Positions 1 through 14,600 of a stretch of DNA of 64,000 bases are shown here, in pieces. The DNA is from Chrysomallon squamiferum (taxonomy: Eukaryota > Animalia > Mollusca): assembly GCA_012295275.1 (NCBI GenBank), contig CM022672.1:33108001-33172000 (forward strand), given 5' to 3'. The notes below the pieces were generated by a model, which was given only the letters and a program-made list of their open reading frames with translations, was not told where the DNA came from and did no database searches. A program made the translations under genes and the position numbers. Numbering within the stretch: the first letter of the stretch is position 1; the number at the start of each line of letters is the position of its first letter.

Positions 1-42
1 TCTGTTTTTGATTGGAAGATTTTTTTTTTTTTTTTTTTTTTA

Positions 43-365
43 CAAATTGAAAATCTTTTATTCAAAATGTCTGGGATTAAAAGTGTTTTCAGATTTTTGA
101 ATTTTTTGGATTTTGGAATTTTTTGATTTTAGAATATAAGGAAACACCATGCGAATAGAATATAAGTCTAAATTCAGATACTATTTATATTTCACACACA
201 TAGTCCATAGGTATTTTAATATATTTTTAATAATTTTATACATAAAATAAAGTCTGCATATATGCAAAACAATCTGAAAATTAGTAGATATTACTAATTC
301 TGCTTTTTGAAAAATGTTTTGGATTTGGGGGCTATTTGGATTTAGGAACTTGGATCCTCAACCTG
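43..365. mobile_element. Tigger/pogo-type non-autonomous DNA transposon (MITE), Tigger4/MER46-like, in the Pbx intron after exon 3
   Basis: Flanked by TA (41-42 and 366-367). Ends CAAATTGAAAATC... and ...GGATCCTCAACCTG resemble the CAGGTTGAG(T/C)ATCC inverted ends of Tigger4/MER46. Internal GGATTTT(G)GA runs and AAGTCTAAA...CACATAG...ATATTTTTAATAATTTT match the recalled consensus. Confidence 0.7.
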
Positions 366-1606
366 TACTATAACGACAGCATAATGTATTAATTTACAAA
401 TCATTTAGATACAGGACTGTACATACCACCATACAATATTTCACAAATCCATCCATTTAATAGATTTATGTCAATAATTGAAATTTAGATTACTCAACAC
501 CTAATCTGTTTCTTATATTGCCTCAAAGTTTTGGCCAAATTTTCTACAAGTTACATACATTTGTTTCAAATTATTTGCAAATACTTCTTAATCAATCATT
601 TTGCATATATTTTATTTCATTTTCACTGTAACTGCAAATTCTTGTGACAACATTAAAAAAAAAAGGAAATATCCAGTTACGTATGCGGATATCGTAATAA
701 TATATTTCACAATCAAATACAGTTTAATTTCAGGCAAGGATATATATATATATATTTTTTTTTTTTTAAATCCATCATAATTTGCCGTGGTGTCTGTATT
801 TCTGGATAGACACAACTGTACTGATAACAATTATGCTTGAGCCTGGGTAATAACGTACAGGTCAGGAAAGTGTTGGCTGTCTGAACAATATATAAATGTG
901 TCCATTAGAGTCACAAGTGACACATTTGATCACTTTACTCTCAAACAGGGTGACAGTGACAAACGGTCCGTGACAACAAGAGATTTAGCCAGAAGGCATC
1001 ACTACAGTGACATCACCCAAATAGAGGAACAAAAAAAAAAAAAAAAAAAAAAAAAAATGTACATCTACTGAAGCCCATGCAATTATTCACATCATTTGCT
1101 ATTATTACTATTATTGCTGGGGGTTTTGGGTTTTTTTTAAAAGCAAATTATATTATATTAATATATTAATATAAAAGAATATACTCTCATATCAGATCTG
1201 GACTTTTACTGAAAATAAGTTTTTAAAAATGTCTTTAACAGTTGGATTTGTATGAATGTGTGTGAGAAAGAAGAACACAAATCAAAATTACATACTGATC
1301 TTTTTTACAAATAAAAAGAAACAAATGCTGTCTACCAGAACAATTCCTTTAATAATAATAATAATGTAAAACTAAACAGCAAACTATTTTATTAGCAAGA
1401 ATTTCTTCCAGAGAGAGAGAAAAAATCAGCAATACATACATTACACCTAGTGATTATTTCCACTGAGCTATCATATCCAACCAAACGCCAATAGTATTGT
1501 CAAGCTTTTTCAAATATCTTTAATAAATTAATGTTCATTATTTTATCTATCTATATATATATAATATATATATCCATAAAGCTGTTTCTCTCTTTCGATC
1601 CATCCA

Positions 1607-1697
<91 letters not shown>

Positions 1698-1713
1698 CCA
1701 TAATATATATATG

Positions 1714-1759
<46 letters not shown>

Positions 1760-1791
1760 AGAGACAGAGACACACACACACAGATTTATGG

Positions 1792-1852
<61 letters not shown>

Positions 1853-1940
1853 TAAACTGATAGATTCAATAATGAACATTATTTATAAAATATATACATA
1901 CATACACAGCTATGTAAAACAGCTCTGTCTAGACACTCAC

Positions 1941-2185
1941 CTGTTCGTATTTTTCTAGCTCTGTGTGGTAGATTTGGCGGATCTGGGCGAGTTTGGCTCG
2001 GTAATCCGAGTGTTCTATAGCACTGTCAGGCTGCCCCCCTGAAGCTGCTGCAGTGGCACTGGCTGCTGCCGATGACCCCCCTCCTTTCTCTGGGCCTGCC
2101 ACGCCTTCAGCAATCAGCATGTTGTCCAGCCTCATCAGCTGGGGGTCGGGAGGCTCTTCCTCTTGTGTGTTTCGAATATTCAATA
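1941..2185 (-). CDS. Pbx: Pbx/extradenticle coding exon 3 (PBC domain)
   Basis: [37 protein letters not shown]...[24 protein letters not shown] is the PBC-family signature. Acceptor tttcag at 2186-2187, donor GTGAGT at 1940, 245 nt, phase matches exon 2. Confidence 0.97.
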
Positions 2186-2194
2186 CTGAAATGT

Positions 2195-3030
2195 GAAATA
2201 AGATTTCTTGTGAGAGAAAAATAAAAATGTATATTCTGGTAAAAGAATGAAATTATTAGTAAATAAGATTTCTTGTAAAGAAAAATCAATAAATATTTTT
2301 TGGAAAATAATGCAATTATTATGCAATCATACTAAATATGATTTCTTGTTAAGAGAAAAATAAAAATATATTCTGGAAAAGATTACAGTTATTATGCAAT
2401 CACTAGTAAATAAGATTTCTTGTAAGAGAAAAATAAAAATATATATTCTGTAAAAGAATGCAATCACTAGGAAATAAGATTTCCTGTAAGAGAAAAATAA
2501 AACTATATTTTCAGGAAAAGAATGCAATTATTATGCAATCACTAGTAAATACGATTTCTTGTAAGAGAAAAATAAAAATATATATTCTGGAAAAGAATGC
2601 ATTTATTATGCATCACTAGTAAGTAAGATTTCTTGTAAGAGAAAAAAAAAAAAAATGTTTGGAAAAAATTAGTTATTATGCATTCACTAGCAAATAAGAT
2701 TTCTTGTAAGAGAAAAATAAAAATATATGTTCTGGAAAAGAATGCAATAATTAGTAAATAAGATTTCTTGTAAGAGAAATATAAAAATGTATATTCTGGA
2801 AAAGAATGCAGTCATTATGCAATCACTAGTAAATAAGATTTCTTGTAAGAGAAAAATAAAAATATATATTCTGGAAAAGAATGCAATTATTATGCATTCA
2901 CTAGTAAATAGGATTTCTTGTAAGAGAAAAATAAAAAAACGATATATTTTCTGGAAAAGAATGCAATTATTATGCAATCACTAGTAAATACGATTTCTTG
3001 TAAGAGAAAAATAAAAATATTTTCTGAGAA
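2195..3030. repeat. Minisatellite, about 12 copies of a 64-80 bp unit, abutting the Pbx exon 3 acceptor
   Basis: AAATAAGATTTCTTGTAAGAGAAAAATAAAAATATATATTCTGGAAAAGAATGCAATTATTATGCAATCACTAGT repeated. Confidence 0.92.
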
Positions 3031-3453
3031 AGATTATGGTTACTAGATAACTTTATTTCTAAAAAAAAAAGTTATCTACGAGCAGCTGATTTCATCTGTT
3101 CTGGGTCAGCATCACTTGAACTTACTTTTGAGTGGAACTACTTAATAGTTCACATCCGGTATTTGCTTTTTAAATCATCTATAAACAGGAATTAATCTTA
3201 GATTTTCAGACTCCACTATCTTTCATTAACTAAGACTAAAACTTCAAGTATATTATAAATTAATAAAATATTTTAAAGAAATAAACATCAGAAATACTAA
3301 CACAAAACTCAACAAAAAGAAAATAATGACAGCTAAGAAAAAAAAGAAGATATCTTAACCTTTTTTTTAAGGTTATCTTATAACATTTTTTATTGTATTA
3401 ACAGGCTTTCTTTTACAGCTCGTTACAAATCTGAATATCAGACTACTTCTAAA

Positions 3454-3501
<48 letters not shown>

Positions 3502-6359
3502 TGAAAGTCGTTGCAGTTTACAAACTTGTAACTGACAGCCTTTGAATAACATACCAAACAACTTAATCTGTTTTAGAAATTTGCAAAGACATGTTTGTTT
3601 TTCTTATGCAATAAAGCTTTCAACAGTAGGTTACTTTGTAAACTTGCAAACAAAGTTTTTAAATGTTAAATTAACAAGCATGCTTAAGATAGCCAGCATA
3701 TACATATAAAATTTATAATATATTTAATTTAAAATATCTAATTTAATTTGCACCATTAACCTTGTCTTTCAATTCTTCTATTATGAAAAAAAAAACAATA
3801 AAAAAAACCCTGTATATTCACAATTCTGCAGCAGTCTTGATATCAATCAGTTCTATATTTTATTAAAAAATTCAACAAAACAGTAGATATATAGATAGAT
3901 ATATTACAATTTTCATTTTTCTGTTGTTTTCTTTCTGTCATTTCTCATGCCAGTCAGTATGAATCAGACTGAATAAAGGAAATGAGTAAACATATCTCTA
4001 TTTATTTATTTTTTAACCCTCAGTAAAAATAAAAATGCACTTCCACTGTGAATTGATTTCAGCAATGTTTCAGCTTGAATCAGACCATGAGCAAACATAT
4101 CTCAGCATTTTTTTTAACTTGTCAAGAACTGAAATAAATATATAAAAAAAAAAAAAAAATTCCATTGTGGATTTATTTTTGTAATACTTCTGTTTTTATA
4201 ACTATGAACCTGGCTGGGATATGATAAACAGTTTTGAAACTGACTAGTCTGCTGATCAAATCTAACTGATAACACGCAAACAAAACATTTTAAAACGTTA
4301 TTTTTTTCTGTAAATGTAAGTTTAAAAAATAAATTAAAAAAAAGAGTTTTTAAAGTGTGAAGCTGATGAGAACATCTGGAGTTAATGGTTTCTTTATCAC
4401 CCAGAGCCATTGTGTCAGCGAGGTGTATCACGTTACAAAAATAAACACAGGCTCGCATTTTAACTGTTTTCCTAAAATGATAAATAGCTTACACTAAAGC
4501 TATCAGACAAACCTATATAATGTCACAGAATAGTAACTAGAGCTTCATGACATATCTACATTTTATTATTAGCTGCATGTATTTCTGTGGCTTGTTTTTT
4601 TGTTGTTTTTTTCAGACAGTTATAGTTGATGTAAGAAACAAAAATCCTTTCGAATCATTTACAAATGTTTTTATATCAACGATTTTCCTATAGTACACTG
4701 CTTCTAATAACAATAATAATTTTAAAACTCAAATATTAAAAGAAATGTTTAAAATAAATTAATAAAATTTTTAAAACTATAAGAAAGCATTTTAAATGAT
4801 AATTCTACATAGAAAAAAAAAATAAAAAATGTTTAACTGTTGTAAGAAAACAGAATGACAGAATTTGTTTTGCCACAATGTAAATTATCAGTGGTGTTGT
4901 ATTTTATCTCATTGTTTAGAAATGATGTATTACTGCTCTGTAAAGATCCACTTGTTAATAATCTAAATGTTACTCAATACTTTAGAATAAAAAGGTATAT
5001 ATATATAAGCCTATATATTTAAACACAATTTATAAAACAGAGAAAGAAATTCAATCTCGTTCTGTAATATGATTTTTGTATCTTAATATTTTTATCCTTA
5101 ATTTGTAATTCATCAAGAAATGAAAAAAAAATCATCCTCGGGTATATTTTAATAGTTTGTTCCTATTATCGGCACATCCAATTTATTGTCAAAACTGAGG
5201 GTTAGTTTTTTATTCCATTATTTGAATATCTATCTCTCCATAAACACAACAAAACACTTGTAGTGTGTGTCTTTTCCAACTGCTTTTTCTGTTCAGAAAT
5301 ATATTTCTTCATTATCAGTAACTACATCATTTATAATCATTAAAACATAAAGCTTTCATTAACAAATTTAAATTACCATTTCAATTAAAGGTAAAAAAAA
5401 ATAATTTTCCAGTTTGTTAAAAATACATGACTGCATAGACCAGAATACATTTTTGTATTTTTCTTGGTACAGGTTACAAAAGAAAAATAATAATTAAAAA
5501 AAAACTTGTTAGTATGTCAAAATGTGTACATGACTACTGAGCAAAAGAAACTGAAATTTCTACGTATCCCATTAATCTGTTAAGCCAAAAAAATAACTGC
5601 ATGACCCTGTTTGAAGAAAACTGAAATATTTTTTGATTTTTATATGTTTGTAATGTGATATATATAAAATAAGGACTATGGCTGAAATAATTATGTAATA
5701 TGAGGTCTGAGGTTAGATGGTTCGTGGAAAATCCAGAATTAACGTGTTCTGTTAATATTTATATTAATTCTTTTTCAAAAAGTAATTTAGATATAGTAAA
5801 AGTGATAAGTTTATATTTTTTCCAATCATTAATTTGCCTTCAACAAACAAAAAGAACTTATTATAATAAACCAAAAAACCCCACACATAACAAAGTGTGC
5901 GAAATGCATTGATTTCCTGTCTTCTGCCAAAAGTCAGAAATGGAGTATGTATCCAAATATACCAAAACTATATTTTAAAAAAAAACAATAAACAACCCTA
6001 AATGCCTTAATAAGTAATTAAAATTTATGTAACTTGTGTTAATAAAGATGAAAAATATTAATATCTGATTTGCATCCGTTTCCAGTATAAAAACGATTCC
6101 TGAAACTATAGTTTCCTTGTTATAATGGTCAAGGTTCGTTTTTTTTTTTTTTTTATCAAGATGATCTGTTCACAAGTAACAAGTGTTGAGTGACAATGCA
6201 GCAACACTGATGAAAAACAACGTCACCATATGCCCTATTGTAGTGTATTTTCAACGAGCAAATCAGAACTGCACAAAAAAAACGGATTACTCAAGGACAA
6301 TTTTGCAACAACCTCGCACAAATGAAATATTTATTTCCACAGTACAGGCAGCCCTGGAT

Positions 6360-7255
6360 TAAGTTTTTTTTATGTAACATCTTGATAGAAAATAAAAAAA
6401 TGTGACTTGGTAAAATATAAAATATGTTTGTAAAACAGTATGTTAATAGAAATAAAATGCATTGAGACAATTTGTTAGTTTTATATAGAATATTATCTTG
6501 ATATAAATAAAATTTATTTAGACATTTTTTTAGTTTTCTGTTAAACATTATCTTCATCGTAAATAAAATTTATTTAGGCAATTTGTTAGTGTTTTTTCTT
6601 ATTTATTTTTGTAGGAGATTATTGTTGTTTTGTTGCTTCCTTTTCTTTCTTTTTTTAGTTAGTTGTTTTTAAAATAATCATAATAATAATAACAACAAAT
6701 ATCTCAGAAACAAATAGAATGTGTATAGATATATGTTAGATTGGGTTTTTTTTAAACATCACCAGTTATTGTTGTTTTGTTGCTTGCTATTCTTTCTTTC
6801 TCTTTTTTGGATTATTTGTAGTTTGTATTTTTTAATTGTTTTTTATTTTTAAAACCACCAAGATCTTGCTATCTAATAGAATGTTTAGATATATGCTAGT
6901 TTTTTGTAAAACATCTTGATAGCAAATAAAATGTATTTAGCATTCACCAGTTATGTTGTTTTGTTGCTTGCTATTTTTTTAATGTTATTATTTTTAAAAC
7001 CATAAGATCTTGATAGCAAATAGAAGAATGTTTAGCTATATACTAGTGGGTTTTTATGTAAAACAACATCTTGAAATAAATAAAATACATTTAGCATCAC
7101 CAATTATTGTTGTTTTTGTTGCTTGATACTGTTTTTTTTATATTTTATTTTTAAAATCCACAATACATTGACAACAAACAGAATGTGTTTAGATATACGT
7201 TAGTGTTTTTTGGTAAAACACACATCTTCGTAGTAAATAAATTGCATTTAGCATC
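6360..7255. repeat. Degenerate tandem repeat in Pbx intron 2
   Basis: Recurring AAACATCTTGATAG...AAATAAAAT..ATTTAG and CACCAGTTATTGTTGTTTTGTTGCTT blocks. Confidence 0.65.
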
Positions 7256-7633
7256 ACCTGTAGTATGTACACATCACAAGTGACTATAAATACTGTGTAA
7301 TGACATTGCTACACCTGTCACAGGTGATACTACAGGTTGTTTAGTCAGAATGATTTACCTGTGTGAAACAGCTGCTACAGTAAGCTCTAATACAGTGTTA
7401 TTCTGACAGCCAGCTTAGCTATCAGAAAACTGCATAGAGTTAAATCCAATCAGAAATTTAAATTCAGAAAAAATACTTTCTATTTTTTTTTTTTAATTCT
7501 TTTTTAATACTGTCATAATAAATAATAAATGTAAAAATTGTTTATTTAACCCTTGTTTTGTTTTAATAAATGTGTAGTAAATTAAATCTGATATGTTAAG
7601 AATTGTTCGCTTAAAATGATTATCAAAATTTGT

Positions 7634-7681
<48 letters not shown>

Positions 7682-8004
7682 TCATTTGTTGGTTATGAGA
7701 TTTCTGGGTTGTTGTTTTTTTTAACATCATTATATAAAATATTTTTAACAAATTTACTTTTTAATAAATAATTAAAATTAAATTAAAATAAATGTAGAAA
7801 GAAAGAAAGAAATGAGACATGTGAGTTTTGACAATAATTGTCTACGTTGCTGGTTCAGGTTCATTACATGTAAGCAAATCCTTTACAAAATTATTACAAA
7901 ATACTTTTCTTGATCATGTCACAAATTAACTACAAAAGAAAGAAGGTGAGATATGTCAGCCAAAATCACACCATCAGCACATCATAATTATACCAATCCC
8001 TGTT

Positions 8005-8615
8005 GGAAACTAAAATGACACAATCAGAAGAGAAAAGTTTTTAATAGACTAAAATGACAATTTGGGTATAGAAACATTTTTAATAGATTTAAATGACATA
8101 AACTGCAGTAGAAAAGTTTCTAATAGACTAAAATGACAGTTTGGTATAGAAACATTTCTAATACATTTAAATGACATAATCTGGTGTAGAAAAGTTTCTA
8201 ATAGATTAAAATGACATAATCTGGTATAGAAAGTTTTTAATAGACTGAAATGACATAAACTGGATTAGAAACATTTCTAATAGACTAAAATGACAATCTG
8301 CAGTAGAACAGTTTTTAATAGACTAAAATGACATAATGTGGTATAAAAATCTTTTTTTTGAAAGTTTCAAAAACAGTCCATTTATTTTCACACCCTACCA
8401 CCTTTTACAAAAAAATGACATAATCTGGTATAAAAAATTTAACAATTCTTTTTTTTTAGACTAAAATGATATAATGTAATTGTAGAAACTGTTTCTAAAA
8501 GACTGGAAAATAAAATATTCCACTGAATAGAAATATTTTCTAATACAAAAAAATGACATAATATTGGGTTCATTTCATTAATGGCTTCTAAAACAATACT
8601 AAAATGACATAATTG
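8005..8615. repeat. Minisatellite, ~39 bp unit
   Basis: AATAGACTAAAATGACATAATCTGGTATAGAAACATTTCT repeated about 10 or more times, decaying to the right. Confidence 0.85.
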
Positions 8616-11600
8616 TTATACTTACAGTGTGACTAGATGTTTAGGTGAAAGTTTCAAATATCACAGTCCTGTCATTTCACACATAATCTATACTGGGGAT
8701 TTAAAAAATTACCTGTACAAAAAAAATCAATCTGAGTGTGTGTTAACAGTTTTTTATCATTGGGGGGGGTGCTTGAACTGAACTGTAATTTAAGAACTCC
8801 TGTCACATTTATTTACTTTAAACTGTTCAAATAATAAAAAATAATAAAAATTTGTTATGAATACATATATTATTTTTATTCTTAATTTTATTTTTAAATT
8901 GTTGTTGTTGTTGTTTTGTTTTTTTCATTTTATTTTGGAAAAAGATGTGGATGTATAGTTGTTGGGGTTATTTTTGTTGTCTTTCATTCTTTTCTTTTTT
9001 AAAACATTTTGTGACTAGATGTATAAAATAAATATAGAAAATAATGATAACAAAAGGTTGTGGTTTTTTTTTTTTTTTTTTTAAATGTACCTATGTGAAT
9101 TTTCAGTCTGTTGAATTAACTGCACTGTTCCAAGTAACTGTTTATCTGAAATTTTTTGCATGCAAATTAAAAATAATTTTTGAGTGTATCAATCATCATA
9201 AAACATTGGTGATAATAAGGAAACAGAAGGGTCACATAATGAAAAAAATAAAACTGAAATAAATCCTGTCACCATTTATCAATATTTTGACAGAAAAAAC
9301 TAAAAACAAACAAACAAATAAAAAAAAAATAAATTAAGAATTTGAAATATCAATCAAATTTAGTTGTTTTGTTTTTCTAAAGGATTCTTAATTTTATTTA
9401 TTATTATTGTTGTTGTTGTTTTGTTTTTGTTTTTATTTCTATTACAAGCTGAAACAGATTTCCTTATTTAATAACAATTCAAAATATTTTGTTTTCAAAA
9501 TATGACTCATTTCCACCTTTCCTTTTATTTAATTTCTTTAAACAGATTTCCATTTCAAATTTTGGTTTGTTAATTACTTTGTGAGATTTTTAGATAACTG
9601 TTTATAAAGATGAAAAAATGAAAAGTAATATGTAAATGAATAAATTTTATTATCAAGAATATAAGTAAGCAGACAGTTTGCTTTGTATTTTTTAAAGTTT
9701 TCTTTTTTCTCGTTTTGTATGTTTGTTTGTTATTTGTCTTCTTTTTTCTTTCTGTTTTTTTTTTTTTCAATTAACAAGGAGATTCTGTAATCTTTCTGTG
9801 ACATTTTTTAAAAATTGCTTTTGACAGTTTTTCCCATTAGACAAAATTTTGTTGGTAAATAAAATGTATGTCTGTATTATTATCACATTATTTTGACTAT
9901 TATGTCATCACAATTATTATTATAATTATTTCCAAAATAATCAAAATTTAAAATGTATTGTCACTGTTAAATATTTTTTTTTAAATCAGTTTATTCATAT
10001 TAATTTAACTGTATTACTTATTATTAGATTTTGGTTTATATTTTTTAGTCAGCTGATGAGAATTTATTTCTGAGAGGGGTTATGTTGTACCTGCAATGTA
10101 ACTACTTGGCTATTCAGCAATAAATCATAATATGAGTAACGTATTTCATTTTCTCTTGACAGAAAATCAGATGTGTGCAGTCTTCTTTGAAAAAGCAAAC
10201 AAAAAAGTCCCTCTCCCCCAAAAAATAATAACCAGGATTGAAATGAAGCAACAATAAATAACAATAATATTTTTAAAAATTAAGTAATAGTAACAACAGA
10301 TTTTGAATTTTGGTAGCAAACAGAGAAGAAAAATGTAATTTTTGGTCAAGTATAGTATGATCATTTATACGGTGTTCAAATATTTAAACTTTAATTTGTT
10401 ATTTTTTAATAATAATTAACTCCACTTCTATTTAAAGCAAACAAGATCCATTCACACACAAACACAAACACAAAACAAACACAAACAAGAAAAGAGAAAA
10501 AAAAAAAAAAAAAGCGTTAAGGTTGAAATCAATTAACACACTCCAGTTTGCATCACATTTTTGCCAGCACAAAAGAAATCCCTTTTTCTCTCTCTCTCTC
10601 TCGATATCGAATGTCAAGAGACCAAACTGCTCTACAAAACTGCACAATGAAAGAGTCTTTGTGACACTTGCATCCTGCTGTAATGTTTGTCAGAGGTCAC
10701 AAGTTGAACATACAATACCAGGGCTATACAGGGGAAAACTGGGGTGGTGGGGAAAACTTGGCTGCTACCAAGATCTTATTTCACTTCTTAGAGATAGCTG
10801 TGGAAGGCTTCGCTCCTAATGCCCTATTGTTACTGATATGAAATGCCTGGCTGAAGCTGAATAGCCTCACTGTGGCCCTGGGATAACAAGACCACTTGAC
10901 AGCACAGTTGAAAAGAAATAAAAAGCAAATAATGCTTACACCGTAAAATAGCAGCTGCGACATAAAGTGGCTATGTGCACAGTGGGTGATGGTTTATGGC
11001 TCTCAAATACCAATTATGACACTCGGCCTAATAACCAAATCAGGAAACACATCTATTAAGAAGTACTTAAGTCTTCCGAAACCAGTAACAGTTTAATGAC
11101 ATTTCTCGTTTTGATTTAATCAAAGGGCTAAATATTTCTCATTGCTGTACATGCTGCGACAAAAAAACGGTTCTGAATGAGAGCAGAAATAATCTACCTT
11201 TGCATTCAAATTCAACTTAATAAGCAGCGATTATATGTGATCATTTCCGAATAAGGGAGAGAAAAAAAAAAAAAGAAGAAAGAATGTTGTAACACCTATT
11301 ACTAATACATGTAGTTTATTTTTAATTTTAAATAAATGGGTTTTTTTTAAACATACTTTATCTGGTAGTTAAAACAGAACCAAACATTAATCAAAAATAT
11401 ATACAGTTAACTGTATGTTTAGTTGTTTTGTAAATAAACAAAATAATAAAAAAAAGCTACACTATTGAAATTTCATACTGGACACAATTTCAAAGTTTCA
11501 AAACCATGCTTTCTTATTAATGATTATAAATCTACTAAATATACATCATTTTCCTTCTTTCCTTGTTTTTCTTTTGTGGGGGTGGAAATTTATTGGCTTG

Positions 11601-14600
11601 TTTCTCTGTTTTGTGCTATATATATATATAGCTATTATTATTTTGTTAATAATACTAAGTTTGTTTTAAATGCTTTTATATCTGATACATCCATGAACAA
11701 GGGTTCCACTGGAATAAATTCATATAACAAACACACACACACACAGTATGGTGCAGTCATATCTGGTACATAAATTTAATTTTCATAACATATTCCTGGT
11801 AAAAATAAATATGTAAAAACATCATCTTCTATACTGAAATTACCAAATGTGCTGGTTTAAAAAATATATATATATACATACATCAGATTATACTACATTT
11901 ATCTTATGCTATTTTGTTGTTGTTTTTGTTTTTAATATCTCAGAATTGTGTCCTGCCATATTTAAATGAAAATTTAAAAAATCGCATTTAGATTTAAAGT
12001 ACATGTATCCAGACGTTTTTCAATACATCATAGAACATCTAAATTAAAACGTAACAGATTACAGAATGTAAAGAATTTCTCTAAGGCAAGTTATTTCATT
12101 TTACATTTTTATTTTTAAATAAAAATTGATTATAAATGTAGCTAATGAACTTAATTTAATTTGTCAAACTATAGGTTTTATTTTTTTAATAACCATTTTA
12201 TTTTGTTACAATAAATTACTGGGGTTTTTATTGCTTCTTTTTTAATTTATTAAAATAACTATTTTTAGTAATAAATTAACAATTAAAAATTAGTATTTTA
12301 ACAAATATCTTCATTATAAACAAAATGCAAAAATGAATATAAACATCATTTTTTTAAAATAAATATTTGTGTTATAGACAAGCTGTAAAATAAAACAGTT
12401 AAACAAATTAGTAAAATGTACATGTATGGTTTTACTTATCAAAGGATTAATCGATATTATGTCGCTATCGCAATTATTTCCTTCCACTTTGACATGGACT
12501 CACTCCCATTTCGTAAAATTAATACTTTTTTAATTCAATACCTATGGTAAATAAATATTTATAATTTCAAACACAATACTGACTGTCACTTGCTGCTTCA
12601 TATAATTAAAACCTGACAAAAAAAACCAAGTTAATAATAATAATGAAAATAAAACAAATATGAAGTCAAAAATAACTAAAAAACAGTTGCTGTAACTGAT
12701 ATTTCAATATGTTGATGAAAAAAGGAATGTCATCATTACTATTGTTTTTATAGAATTTGTAGTTTATAAAGTGTGTGTTTGGGGAAATAATAAATAATAA
12801 ATAAATTAAAAATTTACCCTGGTAATATCCAGACTAATTTTCAACTGAAATATCATCATCACGAGAACCAAAAAGAAAATACCAGATTCATTTCAGAATA
12901 TTTTCTTATATATTTAAAACAAAAAAATACATAATTTCAATTTACTTTGAAATAAACTAAATATTAAATTTGCTATTTATTTCATTTCTCACTTTTTGCT
13001 GGATTCATTAAATTCAAGTTATTATCGCCCCTATTTCAGAAGATTTATATTACTGGGGAATGGGGTAGGGAATTTTAAATAAATATAACATCCAAGCTTA
13101 TAACAGCTGAATGATTGGTTTGAAAAAAGAAATCAAACATATTCTGTGCACCAAGCATTTTTATACTCAGTTGCAATACATATTCAGACACCAATAACAA
13201 ATGAGTCATTACAGAACATACATGATTTCTGAATAATCTAACATTTTATAATATTTATAGAGTTTAAAATAGTGAAATATTCACAATGACTGTGTATAGT
13301 TAAACACACACACATTTTACATATATAAATATATGTTCTATAACACTGTTAATGAATAACCATGTAATGTGTGTGTGTGTATTTCTATCTATCTATCTAT
13401 CTATATATATATATATATAAAAACATTTCTATAATGTTTGCACTTGTCTAGACATACCAACTGATACTGGTCCTGTATCTATCATATTTCAGGTGAATAT
13501 TTACTACTTAGTTGCTGTTAGTTGTATACTTCTTGTTTTTTACCATACGTACAAGCTTATCTGTTCATATTTAAAGGGTCATTATAATGTTCTTGTTCAG
13601 TTTTAAATTTTTATAACCACCAAATATATCACCTGTACTAAGGATTTGAGAAAATAATTTTTGGGCTTTTAAATATGTTTATTATGAAAACTCAGTTTTG
13701 AACAAGAGCATCATCATACTGGATATACAGTTATCAAGTTCTAGAAATATATTTTGAAGCTGATTTTCAGTTAATCCTTGTTGTAAAGTTCAAAGATGTT
13801 GTTTTTCATGTTGTGTTGTAAAATGAACTTTAAAATAATGTTTAAATTCTTTTTATTATTCTTCTTACTTTTTGAAACTGGTAAACATATCAATAAATTA
13901 GAAATGTTACTTTTTTAGTTTTATTCAAGCAATATATCATTCTTCATGTTGAAGTTTTAAATAAACAAAATAATGAATAAAGTTTCTTACATTTAATTTT
14001 TTTTTTTGACTCTTGTAAGTGTCAATATATTATAAAAGTTTGGTATGCACTTCAGTTTTGTACGCAAATGTCCAAATTGTTAAACTTATTATTTTTTTTG
14101 CAAGCAGTTTAATAAATAGAGTTTAAAATATGAACGATTAATATATTAAAAGTTAAGAATATTTATAAACAGAAAAATAATAATATGAATTACTTTTTAA
14201 CTGTGAAGTATTTTGAGATGTAAGTAGAACTGCCAATAATACTGAATACTGAATGTGTTTTATTTAAGTGTTGGATGAAATAATTTTAAATAATCATTTC
14301 TTAATATTATAAATAAGTCTGCCTATCTTTTAGGTTGAGAAATATTTTGTACTAAAAGAAAAGATATACAGTCAGTTAATGATTGAGTTCAGTTCCTTGA
14401 TGTTGACAATTAGGTGAACTGACCGGTAATTTCAGTAAGTGATTAACTATCCCATATCTGTATTTCAGGCATTCTGTACTGATAGTGTGTTTGTTTCAAC
14501 CATCTTCAGATCACCTTTTGTAGCATGTTTCTGTACATTCCTAAATGTCTATACAACAGTTTACTCCAATAATCTGACTGATGCATAATCCTTTCCAAAT

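Noticed and set aside
1-1940. Pbx exon 4 and homeodomain
   Set aside because: No ACNEFTTHVMNLLREQ-like or homeobox sequence found. These must lie beyond the left edge.
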